Shown piece by piece: positions 27,000 to 41,875 of a stretch of 64,000 nucleotides of DNA. Origin of the DNA: Octopus vulgaris. Lineage: Eukaryota. Below the pieces are notes generated by a model. The model was not told the origin of the DNA. It did no database searches and saw only the letters and a program-made list of their open reading frames with translations. How positions within the stretch are numbered: the stretch's first letter is position 1; every line of letters begins with the position of its first letter. The DNA is taken from the NCBI GenBank assembly GCA_951406725.2, contig OX597832.1:23250001-23314000 (forward strand), in the 5' to 3' direction. Position numbers and translations under genes: made by a program.

Positions 27000-27532
27000 T
27001 ATGAAAGAATGACAGAAAGAAAGGAAGAAACAAACAAACGAAATAGAATGAAAGAAAATAGAAAGAATGAAAAAGAAGGAAAGAAAAAGAAAGAAAAGAA
27101 AGAAACAATGAATGAAAGAATGAAACAAACAAAATAGAATGAAAGGAAATAGAAAGAAGTAAAAGAAGGAAAGGAGGGAAAAGAAAGAAAAGGAAAGAAC
27201 GAAAGAAAGAAAGAAAGAAAGAGTGAAAGAAAGAAACAAACAAAATAGAATGAAAGGAAATAAAAGAATGAAAAGAAAGAATGAAAAAAGAAACAAACAA
27301 AATAGAATGAAAGGAAATAGAAAAAAGAAAAGGAAGGAAAGAAGCAAAAGGAAAAAGAAAGAAACAAACAAAAAATGAAAGAAACAAACAAACAAAATAG
27401 AATGAAAGGAAATAGAAAGAATGAAAAAGAATGAAAGAAGGAAAAAGAAAGAAAGAAGGAAAGAAAGAAAGAATGAAGGAAAGAAAAAAAGAAAGAAAGA
27501 AAGAAAGAAGGAAAGAAAGAAAGAATGAAGGA

Positions 27533-27582
<50 letters not shown>
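27000..27582. repeat. Purine-rich complex minisatellite/(GAAA)n
   Basis: Recurrent AAACAAAATAGAATGAAAGGAAATAGAAAG units grading into (GAAA)n. Confidence 0.85.
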
Positions 27583-27583
<1 letters not shown>

Positions 27584-27929
27584 TGACGAACGGGAAAAGA
27601 AAAAGTGAGCGACGAAACGACAAATTTTGAGCAGTAGCTACTTTATCAACGCAATTTTGAGGAATAAAAATCAAAATCGACTTGGGGGATATTTGAACTC
27701 AAAATGCCGAGAGCCCGGACGACCACAAGAAGGAAAATCTTGCGGACATTCTACCGATTCGATCAATCCACAGGCTTAATGTTATTATTTCATTTTATGT
27801 ATTCCTTCGTTATTTCGGACATCGAATGGAGGTCATGCTGATGAAACACCTTCAAGGGATTAATCGATTATATAGAAGTCCAATAATTATTCCCAAATTG
27901 TAGTATTTGAACGGCTTCTAAGGCCCCGG

Positions 27930-28330
27930 GCTTGGCAGAATCGTTAGCACGCTGCATAAAATGCTTAGCGACATTTATTTCGTCTTTACGTTTTGAGTTC
28001 AAATCCCGCCGAGGTTGACTTCGCCTTTCTTTCTTACGAGGTCGACAGAATAAGCACCAGTTGAATACTGGGGATTGATGTAACCGACTTATACCCCTCC
28101 CCACCACCGAAATTGCTAACTTCAACATTTGAATGGCTTTTAAGGTGGCGAACGGGCAGAAACGTTGGCACACCGGGCGAAATGCAAAACGGTATTTCGT
28201 ATGTCTTTACGTTCTGAGTTCAAATTTCGCCGAGGTCGACTTTACTTTTCATCCTTTCGGGGTCGATAAATTAAGTACTGGGGTTGATCTAATCGACTGG
28301 TTTCCTCCCCCAAGATTTCGAGCCTTGTGG
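27930..28330 (+). mobile_element. Two diverged SINE family B copies
   Basis: GGCAGAA.CGTT.GCAC...GAGTTCAAAT..CGCCGAGGT.GACTT...GGTCGA twice. Confidence 0.75.
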
Positions 28331-28506
28331 AAATATATATGAAAGAAGGTTATATTATATATGTGTGTGTGTGTGTGTGTATGAGTGTCAGTTCGAGTGT
28401 GTATGTATATATATGAATATATATGTATATGTATGTATATATATATATATAACAAAGTAAAGTTGTAAGGTACCGCACGAGCGGAAATATATATACATAT
28501 ATATAT

Positions 28507-28562
<56 letters not shown>

Positions 28563-28564
<2 letters not shown>

Positions 28565-28726
28565 GCCGGGCTTCTTTCAGCTTCCGTCTACCAAATTCAC
28601 TCACAAGGATTTGGTCGGCCCGAGACTACAGTAGAAGACACTCGCCCAAGGTGCCACGCAGTGGGACTGAACCTGGAATCATGTGGTTGCTAAGCAAGCT
28701 AACTTACCATACACCAACTCCTGCGC
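28563..28726 (-). mobile_element. SINE family A, 5' half
   Basis: Matches the head and body of 58560-58725. Confidence 0.8.
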
Positions 28727-29561
28727 AATGTTTATTTTTGTCTTTTTTTTTCTTTGATTACCTCACTTTACTGAACTTTCTATTACATACCTGGTATATA
28801 TCTGTGAAAGCAACGTGAATTTCAAGCATTCATTTTTTTTCTTTCATATTCTTATAACATTCTCATTTTATTTTCTTTGACGCTACAGAATATTAGAACT
28901 CTCCTTCATCATATTTTATTTCTTGATATTCTGAGACTTAATAATTATATTAAATCATTGCATTTTCTTTTTAAATTTTCACTTGCTTCTCTTGAGATTC
29001 GCTCTTTAGCCCTAGGTCATGTTTGATTAAGCAGACTTCTTATAGACGATATTACATTTGTGTTCACCCCATCTTTTCGTCACACAATTTATTAAGCACT
29101 TCCTTATCGAATGATCAGTTTTTCATTTTAAAGTAGATGGCGTTTGATTTCAGTGAAACTAAGCTTTATTTTCAATCCTATTCAGCGTCTTCGAGGTTCC
29201 ATCATGGATTACATTCATGTGAATAAATGCATTTGGGTGTGTATATGCATTTGTATATGCATGTGCGTATATGCATGTGTGTCTCTGTGATAAAGGTGTG
29301 TGAATATGTTGTAATTTCCAAGAGTATGTAGGCGGCTGCGATAATTCCGATTGAGTATGTACAATATATTTGTGTGTAAAGTATGTGACTTGTGTGTGTG
29401 TGTGTATTGGCGTGTGTGTGTGAGTGTGTGTGCTTGTGTGGGTGTTTGGTTGTGAGTCTGTGTGCGCATGCGTAATAGCGAATTATGTGTGATATATAAC
29501 CACGGTATATTCCTTGGCCAATCTTAGCTTCTGAGTTCTATATTTCTTTATGTGTGTATAC

Positions 29562-29597
<36 letters not shown>

Positions 29598-29606
<9 letters not shown>

Positions 29607-29800
29607 ATCCGTTCTGTCTGTCTGTGTGTGTGTCTTCTAGGATCTCGGGCATCCTCCATCCGATTGTGCTCAAATTTGATATGTAGATACCGACGGTATC
29701 AGGGCGTGTATAAGTCTTGAAAAAACTACAAAAATCGATTCCAGGTGTGAATGCGATCGATAAAGCCGTGGGAACGTGCATTTTTCCGCGCAAGTATATC
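29598..29800 (+). mobile_element. Probable non-autonomous Helitron-type 5' fragment
   Basis: TATATAAT..GTTCTGTCTGTCTGTGTG...CCGATT..GCTCAAATTTG layout parallels the 5' part of 22826-22940. Confidence 0.4.
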
Positions 29801-30593
29801 AGTTGTTGCGATGTACTTACTGGTACTTTAAACGCTTCAGTTGCTTATTTGTGTGAATAAAATCGTTTTTCTTTGGAATAGAAAAAAGTCTATCTTTATT
29901 TCTTCTTTTGCTGGTGTCTCAAATTTAAGTTAAATCAGTGTTTCTCAAAGGAGAGGCCTATGGGGCGGTTGGACATGTTGTTTTGAGAAAATTTGGTTTA
30001 AATGTTTGACAACTCATCACCGTCCATTGAACGGAGGGCGTTTTGCTCGTATATATGTGTGTGTGTGTGTGTATGTGTGTGTGTATGTGTGTGTGTGTGT
30101 GTTTGCGTATGTGCTTCTTGTGTGGGCATGTATTGTATGTGTGTCTATGTGAGTGTGTATGTGGGTGGTATATTTGTGTCCCTGTGGTTATATATGTTGG
30201 CAAGCTTCTCCTAAGTTCATATGTGCACATGGGTATACGCAGCAGAATTCTACATCATGTGTGTGCGTGTGCGTGTGCGTGTGTGTGTACGTGTTTTTCT
30301 TTCCGGTTATCAAGTTCATTTGCTAATTTGCATGAACGTTGACCATTAAATTTGTACGCCAGTTTATGGCGTTCTGAGACATATCCTTATTCGATAAGCG
30401 AGCTATTTTCTATAATTACGGCGACATTGTACATAAATAGACACAACACCTGAGACTATACACTTTTGGAAATATATTGTGACACGGGTCGAGTGTACTT
30501 ATATATAATGAAATTCAAATTAATTCTAATTTATTTTCTGTGAATTTTCAACTTCGTTACTTCCTCTGCGCCTTCACATATTTAGCTTAATAA

Positions 30594-30657
<64 letters not shown>

Positions 30658-30750
30658 ATGTATGTATGTATGTATGTATGTATGTATATATGTATGCATG
30701 TATGTATGTATACGTGTGTGTATGTATCTATATATGTGTATGTATATACA

Positions 30751-30976
30751 CTCTTTTACTCTTTTACTTGTTTCAGTCATTTGACTGTGGCCATGTTGGA
30801 GCACCGCCTTTAGTCGAACAAATCGACCCCAGGACTTATTCTTCGTAAGCCTAGTACTTATTCTATCGGTCCATTTTGCCGAGCCGCTAAGTTACGGGGA
30901 CGTAAACACACCAGTATCGGTTGTCAAGCGATATTGGTGGGGACAAACACAGACACACATACATATTCACACACAT

Positions 30977-31017
<41 letters not shown>

Positions 31018-31160
31018 CGACGGGTTTCTTTCAATTTCCGTCTACCAAATCCACTCACAAAGCTTTTCTCGGCCCGAGGCTATAGTAGAAGACACTTGCC
31101 CAAGGTGCCACGCAGTGGGACTGAACCCCGGACTATGTTGTTCGTAAGCAAGCTACTTAC
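30751..31160 (-). mobile_element. SINE family A, full length
   Basis: Head, CCTTGGGCAAGTG body, internal (TA)/(TG), tail GGCGGTGCTCCAACATGGCCACAGTCAAATGACTGAAACAAGTAAAAGAGTAAAAGAG. Confidence 0.88.
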
Positions 31161-32555
31161 CACACAGCCACTTCTACGCCTATATATATATGTGTGTGTG
31201 TGTGTATGTGTGTGTGTGTTTTTTTTGTGTATTTATATATATATATATATATGTGTGTTATGTGTGTGTGTGTGTATTTTCTTGTTCCGTTAAAGTAAGG
31301 TTAACAAGAAAGTACTCCATCCAATGACAGATAAATATAACTTTATGTACACAGTGTCCGTAATAGAGAATAAAATGGTAGAATTTATTCGGCATAATGC
31401 AACTATCGCGCCGAACATATGTAATTTATGAATCTCCAGTAGAACACCAAGTACTGTTTATCTCACGCAGGATGGAGTACCTTTTTTGTTGTTGATTTTT
31501 TCCTTAATGGACCCCTACATTATATGCCTCCAACACGTGGCTTTTAACTGTAAATTAATAGCTTGTGTCAGATCCCTTTCATTTTGTGTTTCCTTCCTGT
31601 TGGTTGGTATTATTTCTTTGTTTTTGTTGATCTCAGTGAAGATGTTTGCCCTGTATTTTTTATACTGCCTATACACTGTAGACGATGATTCTTAGAATAA
31701 ATGCAACCAAAATACCATTCCTTGTTATCACTGATTTAAGAATTAAAATTCTCTTTGATATCGTCTGCAGTAATGACTTTAAAAGAAGAAAGAGGCAATA
31801 TATAAATATTCCAATTGAACTAAATGGATGTAAAACTGTTGCGAGATAAGCAATAGATATATTTTAGGGATTGAAAAGGCACAAATCAGATGTATTTTTC
31901 ATGCCGTTGCACTCAAGCCGAATATAGGATCCACAAGATGAATGAGCATATTTAAATTATGTTTTTATTTAATGAACGCTTTTAATGAACAATTTTAATG
32001 AACACTTTGATCGGATCTGTTATTATTCTCCAGGAATTATCCACGAATCAGAAAAAACGAAATTATTTAACAATTTTTTTTTACAACGCAGTAAACTGGC
32101 AAAATTAACAGCAAATTCTTCGCCAAATTAAGCAATTCGTTTTCAAAAAATATTTAATAATTGGCGTGAATTCGAATTACGACGACAGCACAAATCTGCG
32201 ATGCATCGGTGTGTGGTGCGGCTAAGTTTGCTGACACAACTAAAACCAGGAAACAAATCAAACTAACCCTTGTATATATATATATATATATATAGTTAAT
32301 CCAAACATATATATGTATAATAGGGAGTATAATTTAATTGGAATAAATGTAATTGTAATACGAATTTAATTATAGCCACGAAAGGTACGCAGTTTTTTTA
32401 CTTGTTATATATTGATATTCATTTTTATACTTTTTGTGATCTAGTTATATGTTTTGTGAAAATACATTATATTTGTTATTTATGTTTTGGTTTATGTCTA
32501 TCATTGTTTGAGTTGCATAATAGTGGTTTTATCTCTAATTTATACATATATATAT

Positions 32556-32861
<306 letters not shown>

Positions 32862-32863
<2 letters not shown>

Positions 32864-33085
32864 CGGGAAGGTTTACGAAAATAAACAAAAGACGAAGGCA
32901 AGTTTACGAAAATGAACAAAAGACGAAGGCAGATGGAGTACAAACAAACAATGTATTAGTATGGCGCTCAGGAATATAAATAAAAGAAGTCTTTTACGTT
33001 TCGAGCCTACGCTCTTCGACAGAAAGATACACAGAAAAGAAACAAGGAGAGAAAAAATTGCGTGTAGGGGCTAACGATTCAACAT
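32862..33085 (-). mobile_element. Penelope-like terminal remnant with a variant hammerhead (32990-33027)
   Basis: Minus strand TCTTT-CTGTCGA-A-GAGC-GTAG-GCTC-GAAA-C-GTA-AAAGA, followed by CCTGAGCG.. as in the 15575 and 17894 copies. Confidence 0.6.
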
Positions 33086-33589
33086 GGTAAACAAGCGTTG
33101 GAAGCGTAGAATGTGTTGCGTATTCTTTGTTACCTGTAATATATTTATATATATTTATGTGTGTGTGTATATATCTATTTGTGGGGGTGATAATTAACAG
33201 CGGACCTTTGTCTCCAATACTGATTTCAAATTTAGTCGCACAAAAGTAGCAATCTTAATCGCAGAAGTTAAGTCGGTACCACGAGTTCCATAACTTCACT
33301 GGCATTTTACAGTTTATCGACATTGAATAATTGAATGATGAATTTCACACGGGTGGAATTTAATCTCAGAACGCAAAAAAGGAAACAAATCAAAGCATAT
33401 AACGCAAAGCATTTTGTTCGACGCGCTAACGATTCTGCACCGCCCAGAGTACTAACAAGGCACCACCCTTAGTACTAACAATGAGCATACCTAACATCAA
33501 CACCTATATCATTGGATTTAGTTTTATTTAACTCGGCCTGGGGCATATGTGTATATATGTATATATGTATATATACATACATATATATG

Positions 33590-33659
<70 letters not shown>

Positions 33660-34404
33660 CACATACACACAGACACACAGACACACATAGAAATTAGGAA
33701 GGTGTAACTAATGAAAGGCGTCTGCCAATTAAATTAGATTAATATGAAGTTTGACGTTGTATAATGTTCTATTTAATTAGTAATAACGTTTCACTAAGAT
33801 AACATGATAGAGATGCAATTACGTAACCCCCTCACACTATCACTCTCTTACTTTCACTTTCGCTCTTGCTGACTCTTTCGAATCTTTCCTGTCTGTTCTC
33901 GTGGCTCTCTTTACTTCTACACAATCTATCTCTTACTAAACGGAAACAAATCTTTATTAAATTACCAGTGGAGCGCAGCCGGCGTGTTGGTAATTTTATT
34001 CTTTCACTGAACAATTAAAGCTGGAGAAGGAATCGCAAGAATATTGGACAGCAGCCATGCCAGAGCAAAGCAACGCCTTCAAGGATTTTATACGCAATAC
34101 CACCGCCCTGCTCTTTTACTCAGTGCTAAATCTGGCAGTCAATTTGTCGATATCTATCACTGAATGTCTAAGTTTATTTTTAGTTACATCTGATATTACG
34201 GAATTACCTCTCTTTAGGACGTAAATAACACGTGACATTTAGTCCGTTTTAGGTCCCTATACACGAACACTTACTCATAAATATGCATATATATATATAT
34301 ATATATTCATACATATATACATACTCACACATATATATGAGCATATATATATATGTATATATATATACATATATATATATACATATATATATATGTATAT
34401 ATAC

Positions 34405-34436
<32 letters not shown>

Positions 34437-34443
34437 GTATATG

Positions 34444-34481
<38 letters not shown>

Positions 34482-34494
34482 CATATACACACAC

Positions 34495-34549
<55 letters not shown>

Positions 34550-34929
34550 TATATATGTATATGTATATGTATGTATGTATGTATATAATGGAGTTGTTGA
34601 ACCATTAGGATGTCAGGAACAACGCCCTGCGGTAATGTCTACGGCTCTCAATGTTTAATCATTAAATCTGAAGGCTAAATTATATACTTTATTAATTCTG
34701 GCAGAATCGTTAAGTTACTACAGATAATAACTTGCAGCGTTTGTTCTATTTCCTGTCTGAGTTCCCATCCTACAATAATCAGCCTTGCCTTTCATTCCTC
34801 TGAGATCGATAAAATAAGATACCAGTCAAAACACGGAGGCAATTGTATTGACTAACCATTACCCCGTAAAAGATGGCTAGACTTGAGATTAGATTTTAAA
34901 TCATTGCAATTTTAAATGTTTAAAGTCGA

Positions 34930-35490
34930 TGAACTTGCAGCATCGCTAGAGCGTCAGAAATATATTGTTTACCGGGCGAAATCTTTACCGGTATTTCGCC
35001 TGCCGCTACGTTCTGAGTTCAACTTATAATCGACTTAATCCGTTTGTCTGTACTTGTTCGTTCTCTCTGTGTTTAGCTCCTTGTGGGTAGTAAAGAAATA
35101 GGTATTTCGTCTGCCGTTACGTTCTGAGTTCAAATCCCGCCGAGGTCGACTTTGCCTTTCATCGTTTCGGGGTCGATAAATTAAGTACCAGTCACGCACT
35201 GGGGTCGATGTAATCGACTTAATCTGTGTGTCTGTCCTTGTTTGTCCTCTCTGTGTTTAGCTCCTTGTGGGTAGTAAAGAAATAGGTATTTCAAATTGAA
35301 TCCCCTCTCTGTGTTTAACCCCTTGTGGTTAGTAAAGCAATAGGTTTCAGACACAATATCTCTCATGCTTTGTTCAAATTCCGCCGCGATCGACTTTGCC
35401 TACCATCATTTATCAGTCGATAAAGTGAGCACCATTTGTGTACTGGGGTCTCCTACCCAAAAATTTCAGGCCTGGTGCCTACAGTAGAAA
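34930..35490 (+). mobile_element. Cluster of tandem, partial SINE family B copies
   Basis: Repeated GGTATTTCG.CTGCCG.TACGTTCTGAGTTCAA and CTCTCTGTGTTTAGCTCCTTGTGGGTAGTAAAGAAATAGG blocks. Confidence 0.8.
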
Positions 35491-35888
35491 AGAATATATG
35501 TCACGCTTTTTCGCATTATACTTCTGACAAAAATGAAATTAAATGTTTTCAACTCCGATTCGAAACCACGCATTGGGGTTTCGAATCTGAGAAACCCCAA
35601 GTTTATGATTACTTAACAAATTCATATTAAAACCGTGTTAAAGTCTGCCTTTAGATATAACATATTTTACGATGAGACAAGAAAAATAAAGAATCAATTG
35701 TTCTATGTCCCAGGATATTGGAATCGTTAATATATTGATTTCCAAATATCCAGTTCCATTGATATTTTCAAACGCTACATTAAGCATCAACGATTCCACA
35801 TTAAGTTCGGTCCCCTTGGTTCAAACATCAATAATATCAGATGTTGCTCCCTGAGTTAAATAGATGCATACATATATGTGCATACATG

Positions 35889-36013
<125 letters not shown>

Positions 36014-36549
36014 CATATATATACATATATATAGTCAAACCTAATCTCTTTTATTTCGCCACTACAACGTGATTCTCTGGGTTTTGTCATTTTAAACCAA
36101 AGTCACATTTAATAAAGGTTGTTTTTATTCATTTATACAGGTCGTTCACTCGATCATGTATTTATTTTATCTTTTTCCGGTTACTGCTACCGTATCTAAT
36201 AACTTATTTATAAGATTATTTCAATAAGGGGATTCCATATTCTTCTACTGTACGATCGCATCATCCAGTCCGACGTATGTAAATTCCCAGTTCAATTTTA
36301 CACGCATCGATTTGCATATATATTTCCCTTCCAGTCTTGCTCAGCGCAGTTCTGTTGGGGACACTGAAAAGGAAGAAACATCTCATGAAATCAATACTTA
36401 AATCTAATGGGAAACCTGGTGATGGTTAGTATGAGCGACGTTGCATGCAAGGCATGTTTACTGCGGTTAGAACCAAGGCAAACGACCCACATCCTTCATT
36501 GGAGTCTTAGTAGTGTTATATTCATGATGTGTTCGGCAAAACAGGAACA

Positions 36550-36672
36550 GGCGTGTCTCTGTAGTTAAGAAGCTTGTTTTATAACCACGCAGTTTTCGCG
36601 TTCAAAATGACTGCGGGGTATATTGCGGAAGTTGCCTCTATATAGCCCCAGGCCGAACAATGGCTTGTGAGT
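36550..36672 (+). mobile_element. Degenerate SINE family A head
   Basis: GGCGTG.CT.TGTAGTTAAGAAGCTTG...TATAGCCCCAGGCCGA.CAA..GCTTGTGAGT. Confidence 0.55.
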
Positions 36673-37230
36673 AATGTGTGGAAATTAGTAATGTATGAAT
36701 TTAGCCCGTTTCGGATTGCCTTGATAACGTTAATTTAGCATATATTTTTGGATGTATTTATTTGACTGATATTTTATAGCATTATTCTGTATCTAAATAC
36801 GATATCACAATAGAAACGAGCATCGGTAATGTATGGTGTAATTAGTAAAGGAAGTAAATAAACATTGGATAAATCAAGCCACTGTCTTCAGGATAGAATG
36901 ATGTTAACTATACCACTTTAAAATGTCTCTGTATCATGATATTCAGTATCAGATTTATTTCTACCTCGACGACGGAGCCTCGATTTATCCAACATTTATC
37001 TGCTTCCATTATTGGTTGCCTATTCTGGTGAACTACTTGAACCAACATTATGATGAGCCACCAGAAACAGGTGTCGGGCTGGTAATGCCATACCGTCGCA
37101 GTTTTAGTTTTCTCTCTTGTTTATACTCTGTAAAGTTTGCTCTGTTAATATAGAAACATCTCTCTATATTTATACTTGAATATTCATCATCTGAAATGTT
37201 TTCAGTCTCTACTTTCTCTCTATTTACTTC

Positions 37231-37321
<91 letters not shown>

Positions 37322-38061
37322 ATACACACATATTATATGATTTGAACTGGATGACCTAGGACTTCGAAGAATTTGATAAAGGACACATTTAAGTTCTGAG
37401 TGCAAGCTCTGAAAATAATAGAAAGATGTTAAAAGAAGCATGCAGACTGAGGTTTCAATTTCTGGTTAAGAATTCAGTGACCATTTTGCTACAGATTGTT
37501 ATCTTATGTAACCACAAGGTACCTGCTAAACGGTTCCCAGACATCATATAAATAGTATATAAATATCACAGAACTCACAACATTCTGTTTCAAAAGTAGA
37601 AGGAAATGTTGGATAATTGACTCCCAGATAATTTACTCCCAATTTTCGAAACAGGACAGAGAGAATGGACACTACCTGAACGTCTTTGGGGATATTTATT
37701 ATCACAGAAATATATGATACAAATAAACAAAGAATTATCATAACATGACCCCAGTTATATACGGGAAGTAACGAAGAGATCAACATCAGAAACGAACATA
37801 CGTTATCTCTTGAGAATGTATTGTATATCTTAGACACAGATAATATCTTAGACACAGATTCTCAGACTCTATTCGCGATAGAATAATCAACATAATGTGC
37901 TTAGACACTCCAACAAACCTGATGGTATTTAAAAATGTTTTTAATGTTGTGGTGGTGCTTGATAATTAAAGATACAGTTCTGTCTCAAGAATTTACTTTA
38001 AAAATTTATAGATATCGAACAAAATATAAACTTTCAAAGAATTCTTAACACATTCCATATA

Positions 38062-38096
<35 letters not shown>

Positions 38097-38638
38097 TGTA
38101 TATATTTTATTATATGTAACGGTATTTGTCTTCATATGTATTATGTGACATTTTTCTTTGTTCATATTTCATGATATACTTATATACAGCTATACATGTC
38201 TATATAACTACTTTACTACACAAATTTTATGGTTGATATTAAATATATTTATTTCTTACACACACACATATATATATCATATATTATATTATATTATATT
38301 TTTAAGTTGTTTATTCTACGCATCTGTTTCTGTTGTTCATTGTTTGCCAGTCTCGAACTTTTTCTACAATCTTTCCTAAGTGTTATGAATGAATCCCTAC
38401 GTATTAATCTTCTAAGTATGTTTAAGTGGAATTAAAATATATTCTTATTCTCGCATTCTCATTACACAAAATGTCGCACATTTAAATTGATATGTACGTG
38501 TGTGTGTACGTGTGTACTCACACATATATATGTCCATATACTCGCATTTCTAAACGCAGGCATATATGACTACATAAGTATAAGTACGTATGTGTATGTG
38601 TACGAGTGCGTTTGTATGTGAGTGTGTGTGTATGTATG

Positions 38639-38672
<34 letters not shown>

Positions 38673-39446
38673 TGTATGTATGTATGTATGTGTGTATGTA
38701 TGTATGTATGTATGTATGCATGTGTTTACGTAGCTATGTGTATATATGGATGTGGATGTGTGTGCAGGAACAACAAATGAATATATTTAACAGGCATCAA
38801 GGAGATTAAATATTAAATATTAGTATATGAAGATTCTTTATTTCTTTTAAGTTTCTAAACTTTTTGCAAACATAAAAGTGTGTAAGTTCTCAGGAGGTTT
38901 CGATTCTGGCTAAAAGCAGAGCGGAAAAAAGTCCCTGCAGCGTGTTTACGTCTGTGAATATTTCAGCGATATAAATCTGAGACAGTATTGGATTACATAC
39001 AGACATCTGTGTCCGACGCTCTTGGAATCCGTCTTTCATCCTCTGTGTTCTGAGTAATGCTTTGCTGTATGAGACAATAGGGCGCAGCTGTTTGGACGCC
39101 AGCAGTTTGGCACGACTGTCTGGATAATGTATTTTTTTCAGTGACAGAAATTTTTGGCACTGGAAGCAAATATACACGCATACAGACACATAGACACAGA
39201 CACACGTGCGCGCGCGTACACACACACACACAACACAACACAACACACACACATATATAAATTTACACATATACAGGCAAGTGTGCAGAGGCATATACTT
39301 ACAGAGCGAATGAGAAAGAGCGAGATAGTGAATAAGTGAGAAAGAACATCACAATATATTATGTGAAGGCGATCGACATGAAAACTTTCTCTCTCCTCGT
39401 ATATACAACGAGAGACAGACACACACACAGACATACACACACACAC

Positions 39447-39486
<40 letters not shown>

Positions 39487-40636
39487 ACACACACAAAATG
39501 AAGGAGCATAGAGAACTAGAGAAACATTAAAACGCCTGATGTGAAAAAAAGTGGCCTTTGAATCAGCGACGCCAAAGCGGCAGCGACAAACCGGCTACGC
39601 CAAAATGTGTCACTTGCCTTTATAAATTTCCAAGACGGTTTCAAAATGTCTTAATTAGTTTCCTACAGTTTCCAAGACATGCTATATAGTTCTTAATTTT
39701 CACTTCGTATGTGGGTTTGGGGTACTCATTCTGTTTCGGACTGGTCCTTATGGAAGAAGTGCCTAATTACACTACGCCCACGACGCTACAAGAAACAGTA
39801 GATGGAGAGAGAAGACGGCTAATCGATGGGTTCCCATCATTTACATATCCATATCTCAACCAGACACTCGCCTTAATGGATTCCGTTATTTTTAACAAAA
39901 CTTTAATAATGAGGTCAGGTTCCTTACTTATTATTCCTCTTTAACCTATTCCACTATCGCGTGCAACACCTACAGTCATTAAACTGTCAAAATGTTTGTT
40001 ATCATACCAGAGATTATTTTAAGATTTTTATTACTCCCGTTAATCATTCTATTCCTGCTTCTGTTACGATAAAGATCGTCTATTCCATTTTTATTATATT
40101 TATAGTATTTTTATTGCCTTTGTTTTTGCTACAGAACTTGATTGTTCAGGATTGTGCGGTTTGGTATTTTGTAGCTTTCATTGGAAAGTTGCGGGATTGA
40201 ATATCATTTTGCATTAGGTATGTGTGTATGTTTGTGTGTGTGTGTGTGTGTAGCTGTGTGGATGTAGGGCGTAATTGATAGCTATAGCAACCACCGAAAA
40301 GGACGTCATTGCATTGTTTCAAATATCCTGCTCTCTCCATCGAGAGTGAGAAGCCGATACCGTGACAGCTTAGATTCCAAATGCCAGTAACGTCTCCTGA
40401 CCCTGTCAAAACACCTCAGAGATCTTCGAGGTATACATGTGGATGTGTTCAAAGAAAATTTAAACATTATTTTATGCGATTCCAAATGTATTCATATAGA
40501 GGCAAGAAACACCAAATAGACCAGCTATGTCCAACTCACTCTATCACGAGAACCAATCCGATCAGAGGGTCGTGGAACGAGTTTGCATGAACAAGCAGTA
40601 ACACTTTTGACGGCGCTCGAGCTGGGCCACAGCCTT

Positions 40637-40777
40637 TTATTCTATTATTCTTTTACTTGTTTCAATCATTTGACTGCGGCCATGCTGGAGCACCGCCTTT
40701 AGTTGAGCAAATCGACCCCAGGACTTATTCTTTGTAAGCCTAGTACTTATTCTATTGGGTCTCTTTTGCCGAACCGC
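40637..40777 (-). mobile_element. SINE family A, 3' part
   Basis: Minus strand ends GGCGGTGCTCCAGCATGGCCGCAGTCAAATGATTGAAACAAGTAAAAGAAT. Confidence 0.85.
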
Positions 40778-41389
40778 TGTATTTGTGTGCGTGTGTGTGT
40801 ATGAGGGTGAGCGTGTATCTGTGAGTACACGCGCGTGTGAGTGTATTTGGTGGTGGTTTGTTATTTATATATACGCATAGACATGTGCAGTTCTACCTGA
40901 CCGGCTAAATGGCTTCTTCTACTGTTCGTAACAGTTAGTAAGTGGCACTTGAAGTCCTAACGTGAATCTTACAATAAAGTTGACTCTACTGTCTCATATG
41001 ATTCATGTATGTATGTATGTAGAGGCACGAAGTGTGGTAAGAATTCCCTTTCAAAACTAGGAAAACCCGGTTTCGATGACATTATTTTGTAGCGATGTCA
41101 TGTGTGTGTCGCGTAGGGCATGATCAAACGACATTTATTTTAACTAACATCGTGTAGCGGGAAAATGTGGAGAAGACGGATGCTTAGTGTTTACCAGCGA
41201 TTCAAGGAACCGGATTCTTCGTACTGTTCCACGCTCAGTCACCTTGTGTTCACCCCAATATCATAATCTGCCATTTCTCAACTTAATTCGGTGAGGTGGG
41301 GTGTTTCGGTTCATTTGAGAATATGAAAGATCACATTTTGAATGAATTATACACACACACACACACACACACACATGTACATGGATGTG

Positions 41390-41438
<49 letters not shown>

Positions 41439-41529
41439 TGTCTATGCATGAGAAGGGTGAATACGTGTGTTTATAATTATGCATGTATTGCATATATTCG
41501 TATGTATATATGCATTATATATATCGAGG

Positions 41530-41595
<66 letters not shown>

Positions 41596-41694
41596 AAGTG
41601 AGAGAGAAAAAGAGAGTGACGTTTCTACATATACAAACTTACAAATGCATACATTCAAAATATTATAATAGCATTCGGGTTTGTTTTTACAATA

Positions 41695-41738
<44 letters not shown>

Positions 41739-41764
41739 CATACACATATAGCATATTTGTTTTT

Positions 41765-41818
<54 letters not shown>

Positions 41819-41842
41819 TACATATACATGCACATATAACAG

Positions 41843-41875
<33 letters not shown>

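Noticed and set aside
37046-37087. Hammerhead-like ATGATGA-GCCACCA-GAAA-CAG...CTG-GTA
   Set aside because: Core C3 missing, no stem II and stem III out of register; at most a decayed relic
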